DNA of 64,000 bases. Source: a virus (Duplodnaviria; Caudoviricetes). The translations under genes and the position numbers were made by a program. Under the pieces are notes generated by a model that made no database searches, had not been told where the DNA came from, and was given only the letters and a program-made list of their open reading frames with translations. Location: positions 1 to 64,000 of the IMG/VR virus record IMGVR_UViG_2706795030_000004; one strand, 5' to 3'. Below are positions 17,581 through 27,009 of the stretch, piece after piece (within the stretch, counting starts at the first letter, position 1; every line of letters begins with the position of its first letter).

Positions 17581-20500
17581 GCCTCCCTGAGCGATGCTCT
17601 TGATGAGCTTCTTCGTACCGCTTTCCTTCAGCATCTCATTAGTCATGACGGCGATCACGTCGTTCGGACCGAGCTGAGGTTTCTCCTCTGGTGCCACAAC
17701 CCACACGTTCGTTTCCATGCGCGAGGGACGAAGCGGAATAACATTAACACCCATACCCTGAAGAGCTTGAGCACCCCGCTTGTTGAGGTCGCGCATGAAG
17801 TCGACCCCGACGCTGTCAACCGCCGCTTTACGTGTGACGAACTCGCCGCGAGCAAGCTTGGTGGCCACGCTGTCGCGGTTGGGCACGCCCTCAGTGACGA
17901 GCCCACCCTCGGCGCGACCGACCAGACCCCCGTTGAAGAACGGCGCGTGGCCGCCAAATGTCGCGTTCCCGCCACTACCGCCTCCGGACGGCGCTGACCC
18001 GCCAAGGAGCGAAGCCCCGACCTTCAGCAGCATACCGAAAATCTCGTTGGCTAGCGCCTTGGCCGCCATTTCCTGAAGAACGCGGATGACGGACAGCGCA
18101 AAGTTCCGCAGATTATTAAGGACCTGATCCGGCTTCGTCAGCATATCCGTGAAAAAGTTCGTGAACGCCCCGTGCACCTGCTCGATGGCACCACCAAGGT
18201 CATTGATGATGCTTTCTTTCATCGTCCGGTTCAGGCCGGTCACGCGCGCGTAGGCCGCGGCGGCCTGATTGAATGCCTCGCCAATCGTGAGAGGAATTTC
18301 TGAGGCGCCGTCCAGGCTTAGCTTGAGCGCGTCACTCTCGGTGCGCAGTTGGAACAGCTCTTGCTGCGTCGCGTACGCAGCGTCCTGAAGCTCCTTGAGG
18401 CTCTTCCCGGCGAACCGCTCAACGGCAGCCCTGGTCTCGGCGCTCACGACAATCTCGTCGTCTGAGCCGCTTGATCCCAGCGCTTCCAAAGGCGATTTGC
18501 GGGAGGCAATCGCCATCTCATAATCCCGGAGTGCCTGCTCTCGCGCCGCGATTTGCGTGCCGTAGGATGTCAGTCGCCCGCGGGCGGCACTCTCTTCCAG
18601 CTGCTGCTTACGGAACTCGGCATTCTCCCGGACATAGTCCGGCACACGACCGACCATATCGGTGCGATTGAGCCGCTGGATACGAGCGTCCGCCATGGCG
18701 AGGCCGTACTCAAATGGCCGCATGTGCTCTTCAGCCAGCCGATCAGCGATCTCGAGGCTGTTTTCGACCATCGCGATAATCGCGTCAGCGAGCTTTTGCT
18801 CCGTCTCTTCCTTCCGGTTCTGGATCTGCTCGCTGATCTCACGCCGATAGGTGTCGGCCGCCTCACCGGTCAGGCCCTTCTCCTTGATCTCGGCCTCGAT
18901 CAGCTTCTGGCGCTCCTCGATCCAAAGCTCGAGTTGCTTGTCGATCTCGGCCGCACCCTCGAGGAACTGGTCGAGGTTCAGGGGCTCGGAATTGTCCTCG
19001 ATCGCCTGCTTGAGATCCATGTCGACGGTCTTGAGCGCCGCCTGCGAGACGAACTTGTCACCGCGCAGGCGCCGGCGCGCTTCACGAGCGGCGGCGCGCT
19101 GCGAGGCCTTCGCGACGCGCTCTCCTTCCTTCAACTCCTTGAGAGACGGCTTCGTCGCTGCTTCGGCCTGCGCGGCCAGACCGTCGAGGTAGGTGGCCTG
19201 CTCGAGCATACCACGGCGCATGCCCTCTGTGGGGGCGTTCGCCGCGTCCCTGCGGATTTGTGCCGCTGCCGCTGCTGTCTTCTGTGCGACGTCAGTGTAA
19301 TAGCGCTTCTGTTCGCTGTCTGTGCGCCCGGTCGTGTTGGCGTTCGCTCGCTGGAGTCCCGCTGAGATGACCGAGCCACTCTCCGTGATCGATTGGCCCG
19401 AGTTGCTGAGGAAGTAGTCCACTTTCTCAGCGTCACGCTTTACCGACCCGTACTGCTGGGTTGTGGACGCAAGTTTACCTGCCGCGCCGATAAACCTCCG
19501 CGCAGAGTCGCGGTGGCGGGGGTCCAGCTTGGACTCGGTATAGTCTGAAAGCGCCTGGTTAGCCCGGAAACGGTCAGCATATGACCCGTTTGCCATAGCA
19601 GAGGTTAGTTGCTTACGGAGACGCTGGAATTGGGGATCGTTAATCCGGTTCAGACCGCGGTCCGCCGACACATACTGGTTGCGCTGGAGGTCATACTGCG
19701 AAGCCAACTGGTTCTTCTGGATCCCCAGCTGCTGCCCCTGAAACGCGAGAACCTCGGCACGATATTGCCGTAGTGCGTTGAGCGCGCCCTGGAAGCTCTG
19801 AACATTGCTCATGAGCTTTTCTGACAGCCCATCGAAGCGCTGGCCGAGCTGAAGCAACTCCGCGCTCAGAGCCGCGCTATTGTCGGTCAGCGTGTCTTGC
19901 TGGACAAGCAGACGAGCAATCGCTTCGTCGACGGCGCCTAGCCGGACGTTGTTAGCCGCCAACGTCTCGTTCGTGTTCGAAATCTTGGTTTCGAGATCTT
20001 CTTGGGACTGCGCAACTGCATAAATGCCCGCAGAGCGGTTCACCGACTCCTCAAAGGCCGCGCGCTGAGCAAGCGCATAGGCCTTATCCTCGTCGCCCGC
20101 TTGCTGCGCGGCCAGAGCCTGTTCTTTCAGGGAGGCAACGAGGTCACGCCGCGCCTGCACCTCTTGGGCGATCCTGTCATTGGTCTCGCCCGCACGCTCG
20201 AGGTAGTCGTTGATCCCCTTAACAATTTCCGCGAAACTGTCCGCAATCTTCTTGTTTCCGTCATCAGCGCGGTCAGCGATGATGTTCTTGAAGCGCTGCC
20301 ACTGCGCGCTGAATGAACCCAGCGACTTCTCGGCCGCCTCGGCCGCCGTGCCTTGCTGTAGCATGGCCAAATTGAGGTCATCCATCACGTCGAGGTTCTG
20401 GCTGAGCACCAGATACGCCGCGGCCGCACGGATTTCGAGGCTGCCATATGCCTGCGCGGCTCCGAAGCCGGCGTTGCGCAGGGTCTCCATGACCGGGCGG

Positions 20501-22308
20501 AGGCCGCGCGTGCGAACGTCGACATCACCCAAGGTCAGTCCGAGGTCCGAAAGCTGCTTCTTCAGTTTCTCCGACGGATCGAGGAGATCGGTCAGGAAGG
20601 TGCGCAGGCCGGTACCAGCTGTGGAGCCGCTACGGACACCCGCCTGCGAGAGCGCGCCAACCGAGGCCAGCACGTCGTTGAGCGAGATGCCGACGTCGTG
20701 TGCAGTCGCACCGAGATACGACACAGCGAGACCTGCCTGCTGGACGGTCAGTCGGCTGCGGTTCAGAGCCGAAGTCATCACGTCCGCAACGCGCTCGGCC
20801 TCGCTGGACTGGAGACCGAAGCCGCCAATGCTGGCCGTGATGAGATCGGTGCTCTCTTTGATGCTGGCGCCCGAGGCTGCAGCAAGCTCGGTCACCGCCT
20901 TCAGCGACTTTTCCATCTCACTGGTGGAGAAACCCGCCTGCGCCAACTGCTGGGCGGCTTCAGTGATCTCTAGCGTCGAGAACTTCGAGTTCGTGCCGAT
21001 ATCGAGGATCGTATCGCGCAGATGCGTCATCTGACCATCAGTGGCGGCGGACACTGCCTGCAGGTTGGCAAGGGCGTCGTCGAATTCGAAGACGAAGCGC
21101 ACGCCATCTCGAAAAGTGTTGAAGAGCCCGTAGGCGGCCATAGCCGCGGCGCCGTAGACCGAAGTGCGAGCGAAGGCCGCCGCGCCGTAGCCAGGCGATA
21201 GAATCGTGCTGACTGGGCCACGCTGGGCTTGGGCCTGCTGGGTCTTCTTCGCCGCTCGGGCAGCCTGAGCGGCCTCCGCCGCTTGCGCGGCGGCGCTTTG
21301 TTTCAGTTCGGCCTGAAGTTTATTGTGGAGAGCGATGCTTTCAACAAGCTCGCGGTTATAGCGCTCATAGTCCGCAACCGCCTTGGAGAGCTCGGCCTGA
21401 CCCGCCTTGCTGGCAAGTGCGGCATTGAGACGCTCCTTGGCGTTGGCAGCACGCAGGGTCGCCTGGGCCAGCTTCTCCGCCGCCCCTGCGGTGGTGACGC
21501 CGTCGGGAATTGCCAACCGTCCCGCTTCGCGCCGGAGCCGTCCTTCTTGCTGGAATCGCGTCTCGTTGGTGTACTGACGGGCCTTCGAAATCAACTGGTC
21601 GTAAGCCTGCCCCTGTCGACGAAGGTCAGCGTCGACACGACGCACGTCAGCGCCGTAGCGGGCCATCGCGTCACGGAGCTGGTTCAGTTCGGTCGTGAAA
21701 TTGGTGCGCCGGCCATCCCGCAGAGAACGGAACAGTGCCGCCTGCGCCTCGGCGACCTGCCGCTGCTGAGCCGCGAAGTCGCCGCCGTTCTGGCGAGCCT
21801 TGGTGTTCAAATTGGTCAGAGAGCGATCGACTGAACGGAGCTCACGATCAATCGCACGCAGATCGTCTTGCGCCCGCAGGAGCTTGCGCTTCGGAAGGAA
21901 GTCCTGCTGGCCAAGTCCGGCCATTTTCTTTGTGAGATCATTAATGCGAGCGCCGACCGCCTCGACTGCGTTACCTGCGCTCCTGACTGTGCCAGCAAAA
22001 CGCGCCGCGGCCTCGGTGCTCTTACCAAACTGCTGAGCCTGCGTGAGCTGGCGGACACCCCCGGCGCCCGCGTACATCGATTTCTCCAGCGTCGACAGCT
22101 GAGACATCGCCTGTTGCAGGCTCTTTACGCTCTGGTTGAGCTTTCGGTCAAAGTTCTTGACACCGGAATCCGCCGAAGACGAGATCTGGTTGACCGCCGC
22201 CAGCGCCTTCTCGATCTTGGCCTGGATAAGATCCATCGCCTTCGAAACGTCTGCCCCTTGTGCGAGCAGTTCGACGTCAACCGTTTGCGTGTTCGTGGGG
22301 TCGGCCAT
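17578..22308 (-). CDS. Tape measure protein (TP901-type core)
   Basis: 1576 aa, Ala/Gln-rich helical; FDDALANLQAVSAAT...SKFSTLEITEAAQQLAQAGF core; C-terminal GGLV..GVPNRDSVATKLARGEFV. Confidence 0.93.
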   Translation of the reverse strand: MADPTNTQTVDVELLAQGADVSKAMDLIQAKIEKALAAVNQISSSADSGVKNFDRKLNQSVKSLQQAMSQLSTLEKSMYAGAGGVRQLTQAQQFGKSTEAAARFAGTVRSAGNAVEAVGARINDLTKKMAGLGQQDFLPKRKLLRAQDDLRAIDRELRSVDRSLTNLNTKARQNGGDFAAQQRQVAEAQAALFRSLRDGRRTNFTTELNQLRDAMARYGADVRRVDADLRRQGQAYDQLISKARQYTNETRFQQEGRLRREAGRLAIPDGVTTAGAAEKLAQATLRAANAKERLNAALASKAGQAELSKAVADYERYNRELVESIALHNKLQAELKQSAAAQAAEAAQAARAAKKTQQAQAQRGPVSTILSPGYGAAAFARTSVYGAAAMAAYGLFNTFRDGVRFVFEFDDALANLQAVSAATDGQMTHLRDTILDIGTNSKFSTLEITEAAQQLAQAGFSTSEMEKSLKAVTELAAASGASIKESTDLITASIGGFGLQSSEAERVADVMTSALNRSRLTVQQAGLAVSYLGATAHDVGISLNDVLASVGALSQAGVRSGSTAGTGLRTFLTDLLDPSEKLKKQLSDLGLTLGDVDVRTRGLRPVMETLRNAGFGAAQAYGSLEIRAAAAYLVLSQNLDVMDDLNLAMLQQGTAAEAAEKSLGSFSAQWQRFKNIIADRADDGNKKIADSFAEIVKGINDYLERAGETNDRIAQEVQARRDLVASLKEQALAAQQAGDEDKAYALAQRAAFEESVNRSAGIYAVAQSQEDLETKISNTNETLAANNVRLGAVDEAIARLLVQQDTLTDNSAALSAELLQLGQRFDGLSEKLMSNVQSFQGALNALRQYRAEVLAFQGQQLGIQKNQLASQYDLQRNQYVSADRGLNRINDPQFQRLRKQLTSAMANGSYADRFRANQALSDYTESKLDPRHRDSARRFIGAAGKLASTTQQYGSVKRDAEKVDYFLSNSGQSITESGSVISAGLQRANANTTGRTDSEQKRYYTDVAQKTAAAAAQIRRDAANAPTEGMRRGMLEQATYLDGLAAQAEAATKPSLKELKEGERVAKASQRAAAREARRRLRGDKFVSQAALKTVDMDLKQAIEDNSEPLNLDQFLEGAAEIDKQLELWIEERQKLIEAEIKEKGLTGEAADTYRREISEQIQNRKEETEQKLADAIIAMVENSLEIADRLAEEHMRPFEYGLAMADARIQRLNRTDMVGRVPDYVRENAEFRKQQLEESAARGRLTSYGTQIAAREQALRDYEMAIASRKSPLEALGSSGSDDEIVVSAETRAAVERFAGKSLKELQDAAYATQQELFQLRTESDALKLSLDGASEIPLTIGEAFNQAAAAYARVTGLNRTMKESIINDLGGAIEQVHGAFTNFFTDMLTKPDQVLNNLRNFALSVIRVLQEMAAKALANEIFGMLLKVGASLLGGSAPSGGGSGGNATFGGHAPFFNGGLVGRAEGGLVTEGVPNRDSVATKLARGEFVTRKAAVDSVGVDFMRDLNKRGAQALQGMGVNVIPLRPSRMETNVWVVAPEEKPQLGPNDVIAVMTNEMLKESGTKKLIKSIAQGG

Positions 22309-22349
22309 TCTCCTCCGATGCCCTTATGGGGAGGAGAGACAAGTTGACG

Positions 22350-22359
22350 GGGGGAATTA
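22350..22359 (-). promoter_or_regulatory. TAATTC[AC]CCC putative late-promoter box
   Basis: TAATTCCCCC 51 nt before the TMP start. Confidence 0.6.
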
Positions 22360-22380
22360 GGTATGGGAGAATCTGGAGCT

Positions 22381-22836
22381 ATGGAGATCAACGCTATTTC
22401 GAAAGGCGCCTGGGGGGCACTGGCGATCATCGCTTTGGGTATCGGCCTGCTGATTGCGTACGAGAGCGCAACAGGTGCCCCCCAGGCTCGGGCGCAAGAA
22501 GCTTACGTCGCAGCGATCGCCAAGGTGAAATCCCGGAACCCGGATATCCCCGACATCGACGCGAAGCTCATAGCCGTCGGTGAGACCCCCGGCGGTGACT
22601 GCAACCTATTGCGCCCCACGCAATCTGACATTGAGTCCTACGCGACAAGGACAAGCATCCCGGTAGGGCGCGTCCCGGGATTTCTCCGCGAGACGTGCCT
22701 GAAGTCGTTTTCTCCCCTCACCCCGGAGGAGCGACAGGCACGGCGAATTCGGGAGGAACAGCGGGCTGAGGATATTCGGTCTCTTCGGAAGCACGCCTGG
22801 TGTGCCGAAAACGACATCGACTGTAGTCGGCTTTAG
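22381..22836 (+). CDS. Membrane-anchored hypothetical protein, counter-oriented (moron-like)
   Basis: N-terminal TM (GAWGALAIIALGIGLLIAY), four Cys; plus strand inside the minus-strand tail operon; TTGACG at 22344. Confidence 0.7.
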   Translation: MEINAISKGAWGALAIIALGIGLLIAYESATGAPQARAQEAYVAAIAKVKSRNPDIPDIDAKLIAVGETPGGDCNLLRPTQSDIESYATRTSIPVGRVPGFLRETCLKSFSPLTPEERQARRIREEQRAEDIRSLRKHAWCAENDIDCSRL

Positions 22837-22838
22837 GG

Positions 22839-23243
22839 TCAGGAATAGCCCGGGTTGCTCTCGATTAGCTGAATTTCGACAGCCCCGATCACACCGCCGC
22901 TATTGGGAATGCCAGCCGGGACCGTGACCGCCGCGGCGAACTTCACCACGAGAAGCCCAATGTGCGGATGCTCCCAGTTAAACTCTCGCCAGCGTTGGTG
23001 TGCCGCGTAGAATTGCTCGAGCCGGTGGGCGTTATGCTGTGGGTCCGTGTCAGGGTCGTACAGACCGTTTGCGTGCAGATACCACTTGAGACCGTGAAGG
23101 TTCACCTTGAATTTTCGCCGGTACGGCACTGAGGGCTTAGCTGAGAACTCCCACCCGTTCATGGACGTGACCGCCACGGGTTCGGGCGGAACGGTTTCAG
23201 GCACCAATGTGCCCGTGCAGAACTCAAAGGTCTCAAGCGCCAT
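22839..23243 (-). CDS. Distal tail protein (lambda M-like)
   Basis: 134 aa; RLEQFYAAHQRWREFNWEHP pattern typical of gpM-like proteins. Confidence 0.7.
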   Translation of the reverse strand: MALETFEFCTGTLVPETVPPEPVAVTSMNGWEFSAKPSVPYRRKFKVNLHGLKWYLHANGLYDPDTDPQHNAHRLEQFYAAHQRWREFNWEHPHIGLLVVKFAAAVTVPAGIPNSGGVIGAVEIQLIESNPGYS

Positions 23244-23285
23244 GCTGAGCCTTTATTCCCCGTCGCGCCGAGGACGCATACGAGA

Positions 23286-23295
23286 GGGTGAATTA
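23286..23295 (-). promoter_or_regulatory. TAATTC[AC]CCC putative late-promoter box
   Basis: TAATTCACCC 52 nt before the start at 23243; TAA at motif positions 41-43. Confidence 0.65.
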
Positions 23296-23328
23296 AAAGA
23301 GACCCCGAAGCTTTCGCTTCGGGGTCTC
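23295..23328 (-). terminator. Intrinsic terminator after the tail tube gene
   Basis: Perfect 13-bp stem GAGACCCCGAAGC with GAAA loop followed by TTTT on the minus strand. Confidence 0.85.
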
Positions 23329-23347
23329 CCCACCGCCAGCCGAAGAA

Positions 23348-24190
23348 TCAGGCGCCGATATAAATATCGAAGAAGGCGCTCGTGCCGATATCAGCAAGAC
23401 GATCGGTCGCCTCCGACGTCGACATGAGAAGCGGCATCAGTTCCCAAGGCATTCCGCCGTACTCGGTTTCCGAGAAGGAGAGCGAAAAGCCCTTCGAGAC
23501 GCGGACCTTGGGCAGAACCACCGTGACCGGTCGATCGTACGAGTCCAGGGTGCCCGTAATTTTGACGCCGAAGAGATCATCCTGATCGATGTTCGGACGC
23601 AGGACGGGCAGAACCCAGACTTGTGACCCTACCGGGAAGCTCATGCCAGCCGGGATGGCGTAGTTCGCCGCGATCGGAACCGTCCACGGCGACTCCGTGC
23701 CGGTGGCCGCACCGCTCGACTTGGTCGGGAAGACGTAGTCCTGATTGGGCGCAGGGCGCTGTACCAGAATAGTCGAACCCGACGGGATGTCACCGAGGGC
23801 AGTGATAGCCGAACCAGCCTCGCCCGGAACAGGGTTGCTGCCCAGAATCAGTTGAGTGGCCTCAGCAGCTGCTTCAGTGGTGAGAACGCCACGCTTCAGA
23901 GCTCCAATAGTGCCCGACATCGCCAGCGAGCGCGCGACGTTCTCGGCAGTAAATTCATAGGAGGTGAACGAGATCGTCGGCTGGACGCTGGTGCGCCGCG
24001 ACGCCACAGTTGCCTGCGAGACACCGTTGGTCAGCGAGATCATCGAGCTGTCGAGGGGCACGGCCACCTCTTTCACCATGCCCACGCTGTGGGCATCAGG
24101 CGTGAGGGCGTAAACGTCGGTGGTGAATGCGGGCGCCATCATCACGGTGGCGCTCGAGAGCATGAATGCGGATTTCTTTACGGCTGCCAC
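23348..24190 (-). CDS. Major tail (tube) protein
   Basis: 280 aa, beta-rich; VVLPKVRVSKGFSLSFSETEYGGMPWEL; followed by a strong terminator. Confidence 0.8.
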   Translation of the reverse strand: MAAVKKSAFMLSSATVMMAPAFTTDVYALTPDAHSVGMVKEVAVPLDSSMISLTNGVSQATVASRRTSVQPTISFTSYEFTAENVARSLAMSGTIGALKRGVLTTEAAAEATQLILGSNPVPGEAGSAITALGDIPSGSTILVQRPAPNQDYVFPTKSSGAATGTESPWTVPIAANYAIPAGMSFPVGSQVWVLPVLRPNIDQDDLFGVKITGTLDSYDRPVTVVLPKVRVSKGFSLSFSETEYGGMPWELMPLLMSTSEATDRLADIGTSAFFDIYIGA

Positions 24191-24276
24191 AGGAGGGCTC
24201 CTTCTTCGCGATAAAACTCGGAAGGAACAGTGGCGCCCGTGCCCCGACTATGGAATCTTCGCCTCCTGCACCGCCC

Positions 24277-24651
24277 TCAACCAACCCGGGCCAATGACTT
24301 AATCATCGCGATGTCACCTTCGAGTGACCCCGTATTGATCTTGCTGACCTCTTCCTCTTGCTTCTTGCCCCCCAGCACTGCCGAGACAATCTCAGCGAAG
24401 CCGGCGTAAGTGCAGAGCTGAAGTGAGGATAACTCGCCGTACTTCAGCTGAACCTTTTTCGAGAGCTCCCAATAGGAGAGCGTCCAGTAGAGCTCTTCAA
24501 GGTCGCCTTCGACTAGTCCGAAGGCCCAGCAGACCGCGTCGTCGAAGCTGAGGCTGGAGAACCAGCCGTAGAGGGGTTCGATAGCCCCAACGCGTTCCCG
24601 AACTCCTTCGCTTGGCGGGACGTGGTGCCCGCCGAGGTGCCGAAAAAATAC
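24277..24651 (-). CDS. Tail assembly chaperone GT extension (frameshift product)
   Basis: Open frame that is -1 relative to G, no good own RBS; candidate slippery heptamer T TTT TTC at 24648-24642. Confidence 0.55.
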   Translation of the reverse strand, partial: VFFRHLGGHHVPPSEGVRERVGAIEPLYGWFSSLSFDDAVCWAFGLVEGDLEELYWTLSYWELSKKVQLKYGELSSLQLCTYAGFAEIVSAVLGGKKQEEEVSKINTGSLEGDIAMIKSLARVG

Positions 24652-24941
24652 AGGAGATGCTCCATGACCCATTCGAGGAGACGGAGCACTTCGGACGGGT
24701 CAATCTCGTCGATCTCTTCAACCGAGATGAGCTCCTCCTCCGACGTCACGACACCCTTCTTCTCCGTCAGGGCGCGGCGCACGATGTAATCTCGGATGCT
24801 GGGATCGCTCACCACATCATTGATCGCAGTGCTGAAGTCCGGAACAAGGCGCTGGATGTCCTGGCTCAGACCATAGGTCCACTTGATCTTGCGAGCATCC
24901 CCGCCGATCTTGATTTCGATTGATAGTTCAGGCCGCTGCAC
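24513..24941 (-). CDS. Tail assembly chaperone G
   Basis: 142 aa acidic protein overlapping a downstream -1 frame ORF. Confidence 0.65.
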   Translation of the reverse strand: MQRPELSIEIKIGGDARKIKWTYGLSQDIQRLVPDFSTAINDVVSDPSIRDYIVRRALTEKKGVVTSEEELISVEEIDEIDPSEVLRLLEWVMEHLLYFFGTSAGTTSRQAKEFGNALGLSNPSTAGSPASASTTRSAGPSD

Positions 24942-25128
24942 GTTCGATCTCCGTATTTACGAGCCGCTGAAGCAGGCTCATCAGGCTTTCCCGTTCACCC
25001 AGCCCAAGAAGAATGAGCCGGTTAACAGTCGCGTTGACATCGGTGCCTTCGGATTGGGCTATCTGTCCGAGCCGGAGATACAGGTCGATTGGTACTCGAA
25101 CCGTGAAACTGCGCTTTTCGGGGTTCAT
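24928..25128 (-). CDS. Ribbon-helix-helix (Arc-like) DNA-binding protein
   Basis: RSFTVRVPIDLYLRLGQIAQSEGTDVNATVNRLILLGL. Confidence 0.8.
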   Translation of the reverse strand: MNPEKRSFTVRVPIDLYLRLGQIAQSEGTDVNATVNRLILLGLGERESLMSLLQRLVNTEIERAAA

Positions 25129-25196
25129 TGGACCTCGCGGTGGTTGTCGGTGGTGGCGCAGGTCTATGTCTGTGATCCGGGTTGGGCCATTCTCGG

Positions 25197-25206
25197 GGGT
25201 GAATTA
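25197..25206 (-). promoter_or_regulatory. TAATTC[AC]CCC putative late-promoter box
   Basis: TAATTCACCC (TAA is the upstream stop); TAG at motif positions 41-43; 78 nt before the RHH start. Confidence 0.6.
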
Positions 25207-26028
25207 CCTGATCCGAGCTCCGAGCCCAGTCTGCACACGCCTCTGGACGGCGTAAGGGATCGCCTTCGTCAGGACAAAGTTGAGAAAAGGCTCGAGGGTA
25301 GGCCGATACGGCGCGGCGGGCGGACCACCCAGCCGATAGGCCAGTTCTTCATATCCCGCTGCGGCCACTGCAGCGGGAATTCCTCCTTTGGTGTAGGACT
25401 GGAGCATCGCCGGGGTGATTTTCTCGAGGGCCGCGACCTCAACCGAGCCAATGTGAATGCGAATGGCCTTGGGGTCCTGCCCTTCCTTTGCCACCGGCCG
25501 GTAACGGAGCCCCCCCAAGTTCGGGGCTACCGCCCCGCCAAAGCCAGGGCTCTTTCCTGAGCGTACGGACACCTTGATGGGGCCGAAGATCTCGGTCCAC
25601 ATTTCTCCCTTGCTGAGCATCGAGGCCATGTGGTGCGTCCACCCCTCGAACCAGCGGGTGTGCCCGAGATGCCGCTCCTTGCGGGCGAGATATTTCGGAC
25701 TGCGCGGTTTCCAGACTATCCCCTGACTTGGGACGGTCCGGGGGCCTCCCTCCGTCATGGCCTGCAGCCCGCCCACGCTCATACCGCGCTCATGTCCAAT
25801 GACAATTCGCCGATAACGCGCCGCGGCATTCGCAATCTCGGCCCGGACATCAAGGCCGACTCGTTTCTGGATGTCCCGGACCAGAATTTCGCGATACCCG
25901 TCGGCATATCCGAATGCGACGTTCTGGATGATCGTCGACGCAGCGGTGGCTGCCCAGCGCTTCGTTGTGCGCGCGGACGACCCCCCGGTAGCGAGGTTAA
26001 AGAATAACCTGAGCCGAATGTCAGCCAT
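25204..26028 (-). CDS. Neck / tail completion protein
   Basis: Synteny between head-closure genes and tail chaperones; basic, C-terminal PYRPTLEPFL. Confidence 0.55.
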   Translation of the reverse strand: MADIRLRLFFNLATGGSSARTTKRWAATAASTIIQNVAFGYADGYREILVRDIQKRVGLDVRAEIANAAARYRRIVIGHERGMSVGGLQAMTEGGPRTVPSQGIVWKPRSPKYLARKERHLGHTRWFEGWTHHMASMLSKGEMWTEIFGPIKVSVRSGKSPGFGGAVAPNLGGLRYRPVAKEGQDPKAIRIHIGSVEVAALEKITPAMLQSYTKGGIPAAVAAAGYEELAYRLGGPPAAPYRPTLEPFLNFVLTKAIPYAVQRRVQTGLGARIR

Positions 26029-26458
26029 CGTTGGCGGTTCGCTTCAGTTCAATGGAGGCCGTCCGGTAATTGCGCAGCATCGTCTGTGCCATCGGGGCGA
26101 TCTCAAAGTCGGTGACAACGAGTTGATTATCCTCGTCTCCCGTCTCGGGGTCGCGAAGCGGAACGCGCTGCTTCTCCCCGAACCAGGCGTGGATGCCGTC
26201 GAGGATTTCCGCCTCGCGGAGAAGGAGCGTGTCCTGATAGGACGATAGGGAGATCGAAAAGCGAACGATCCATAGACCACTGTTTTCGTGGAAGTTGAAC
26301 CCATCGACCCCCAAGAGGATGTTCTTGGGCAGCTTGTCCTCTTCACCGCGGGCTTCCCAAACGTGATAGGTAATGCCGAAAGCACCAGAAGCGTTCAGCT
26401 CCTCGATCATGTCGGACACGTGGCGCACGAGCGACTTGTAGATGCGTGAAATAATCAT
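26021..26458 (-). CDS. Tail terminator-like protein
   Basis: 145 aa beta-rich protein in the neck region; synteny. Confidence 0.55.
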   Translation of the reverse strand: MIISRIYKSLVRHVSDMIEELNASGAFGITYHVWEARGEEDKLPKNILLGVDGFNFHENSGLWIVRFSISLSSYQDTLLLREAEILDGIHAWFGEKQRVPLRDPETGDEDNQLVVTDFEIAPMAQTMLRNYRTASIELKRTANDG

Positions 26459-27009
26459 GACTGAAGGAACCCGATGCGCAGGCCCAACTGGACGTCGGAC
26501 CGGATGACTTCGTATTCGTCGAGCAGATCGTCCGACTTGACGTCCGCCCCTGTAATGAACCGTGCACGCTCGAACGAAGTGTTCATGCGCCGCTCGTTCT
26601 CCTCGCGGTCGGTCGGCTCAATGCCGACCCAGATCTGGCCGAGGTTCTCGATCGGGCCGTCAGTCTTCTGCTTGGTGACGGGGTCGGTGATCTTCGTCCG
26701 TCGGCGCCAGGTGACCAAATGTGTCGCACGGAAGAGCCGGTAGCTGTCCCACAGCACCCCCTGAGCGTGCTCCGCGGGGCCGTTATCGCCCACGATGTAT
26801 GTCTCGCCCGCCTTCGTCCGAATGACCATCCCCAGTCGCACCGGAGAGGGGTGGCGGGTGCGGAGCACATGACGGGGCGAGACGAAGATATAGGAAGGCA
26901 CCTGCGTCTGGTCGGTCTCACTGATGATCCCGCGCAGCGTCCCGCTACCCCCGACGAGGACCTGCAGATTCGTCAAAAAGCGGTCGGTGACCGAGGCGAG
27001 ACTAACCAC
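26455..27009 (-). CDS. Head closure / head-tail joining protein
   Basis: Synteny; WRRRTKITDPVTKQK pattern. Confidence 0.55.
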   Translation of the reverse strand: MVSLASVTDRFLTNLQVLVGGSGTLRGIISETDQTQVPSYIFVSPRHVLRTRHPSPVRLGMVIRTKAGETYIVGDNGPAEHAQGVLWDSYRLFRATHLVTWRRRTKITDPVTKQKTDGPIENLGQIWVGIEPTDREENERRMNTSFERARFITGADVKSDDLLDEYEVIRSDVQLGLRIGFLQS

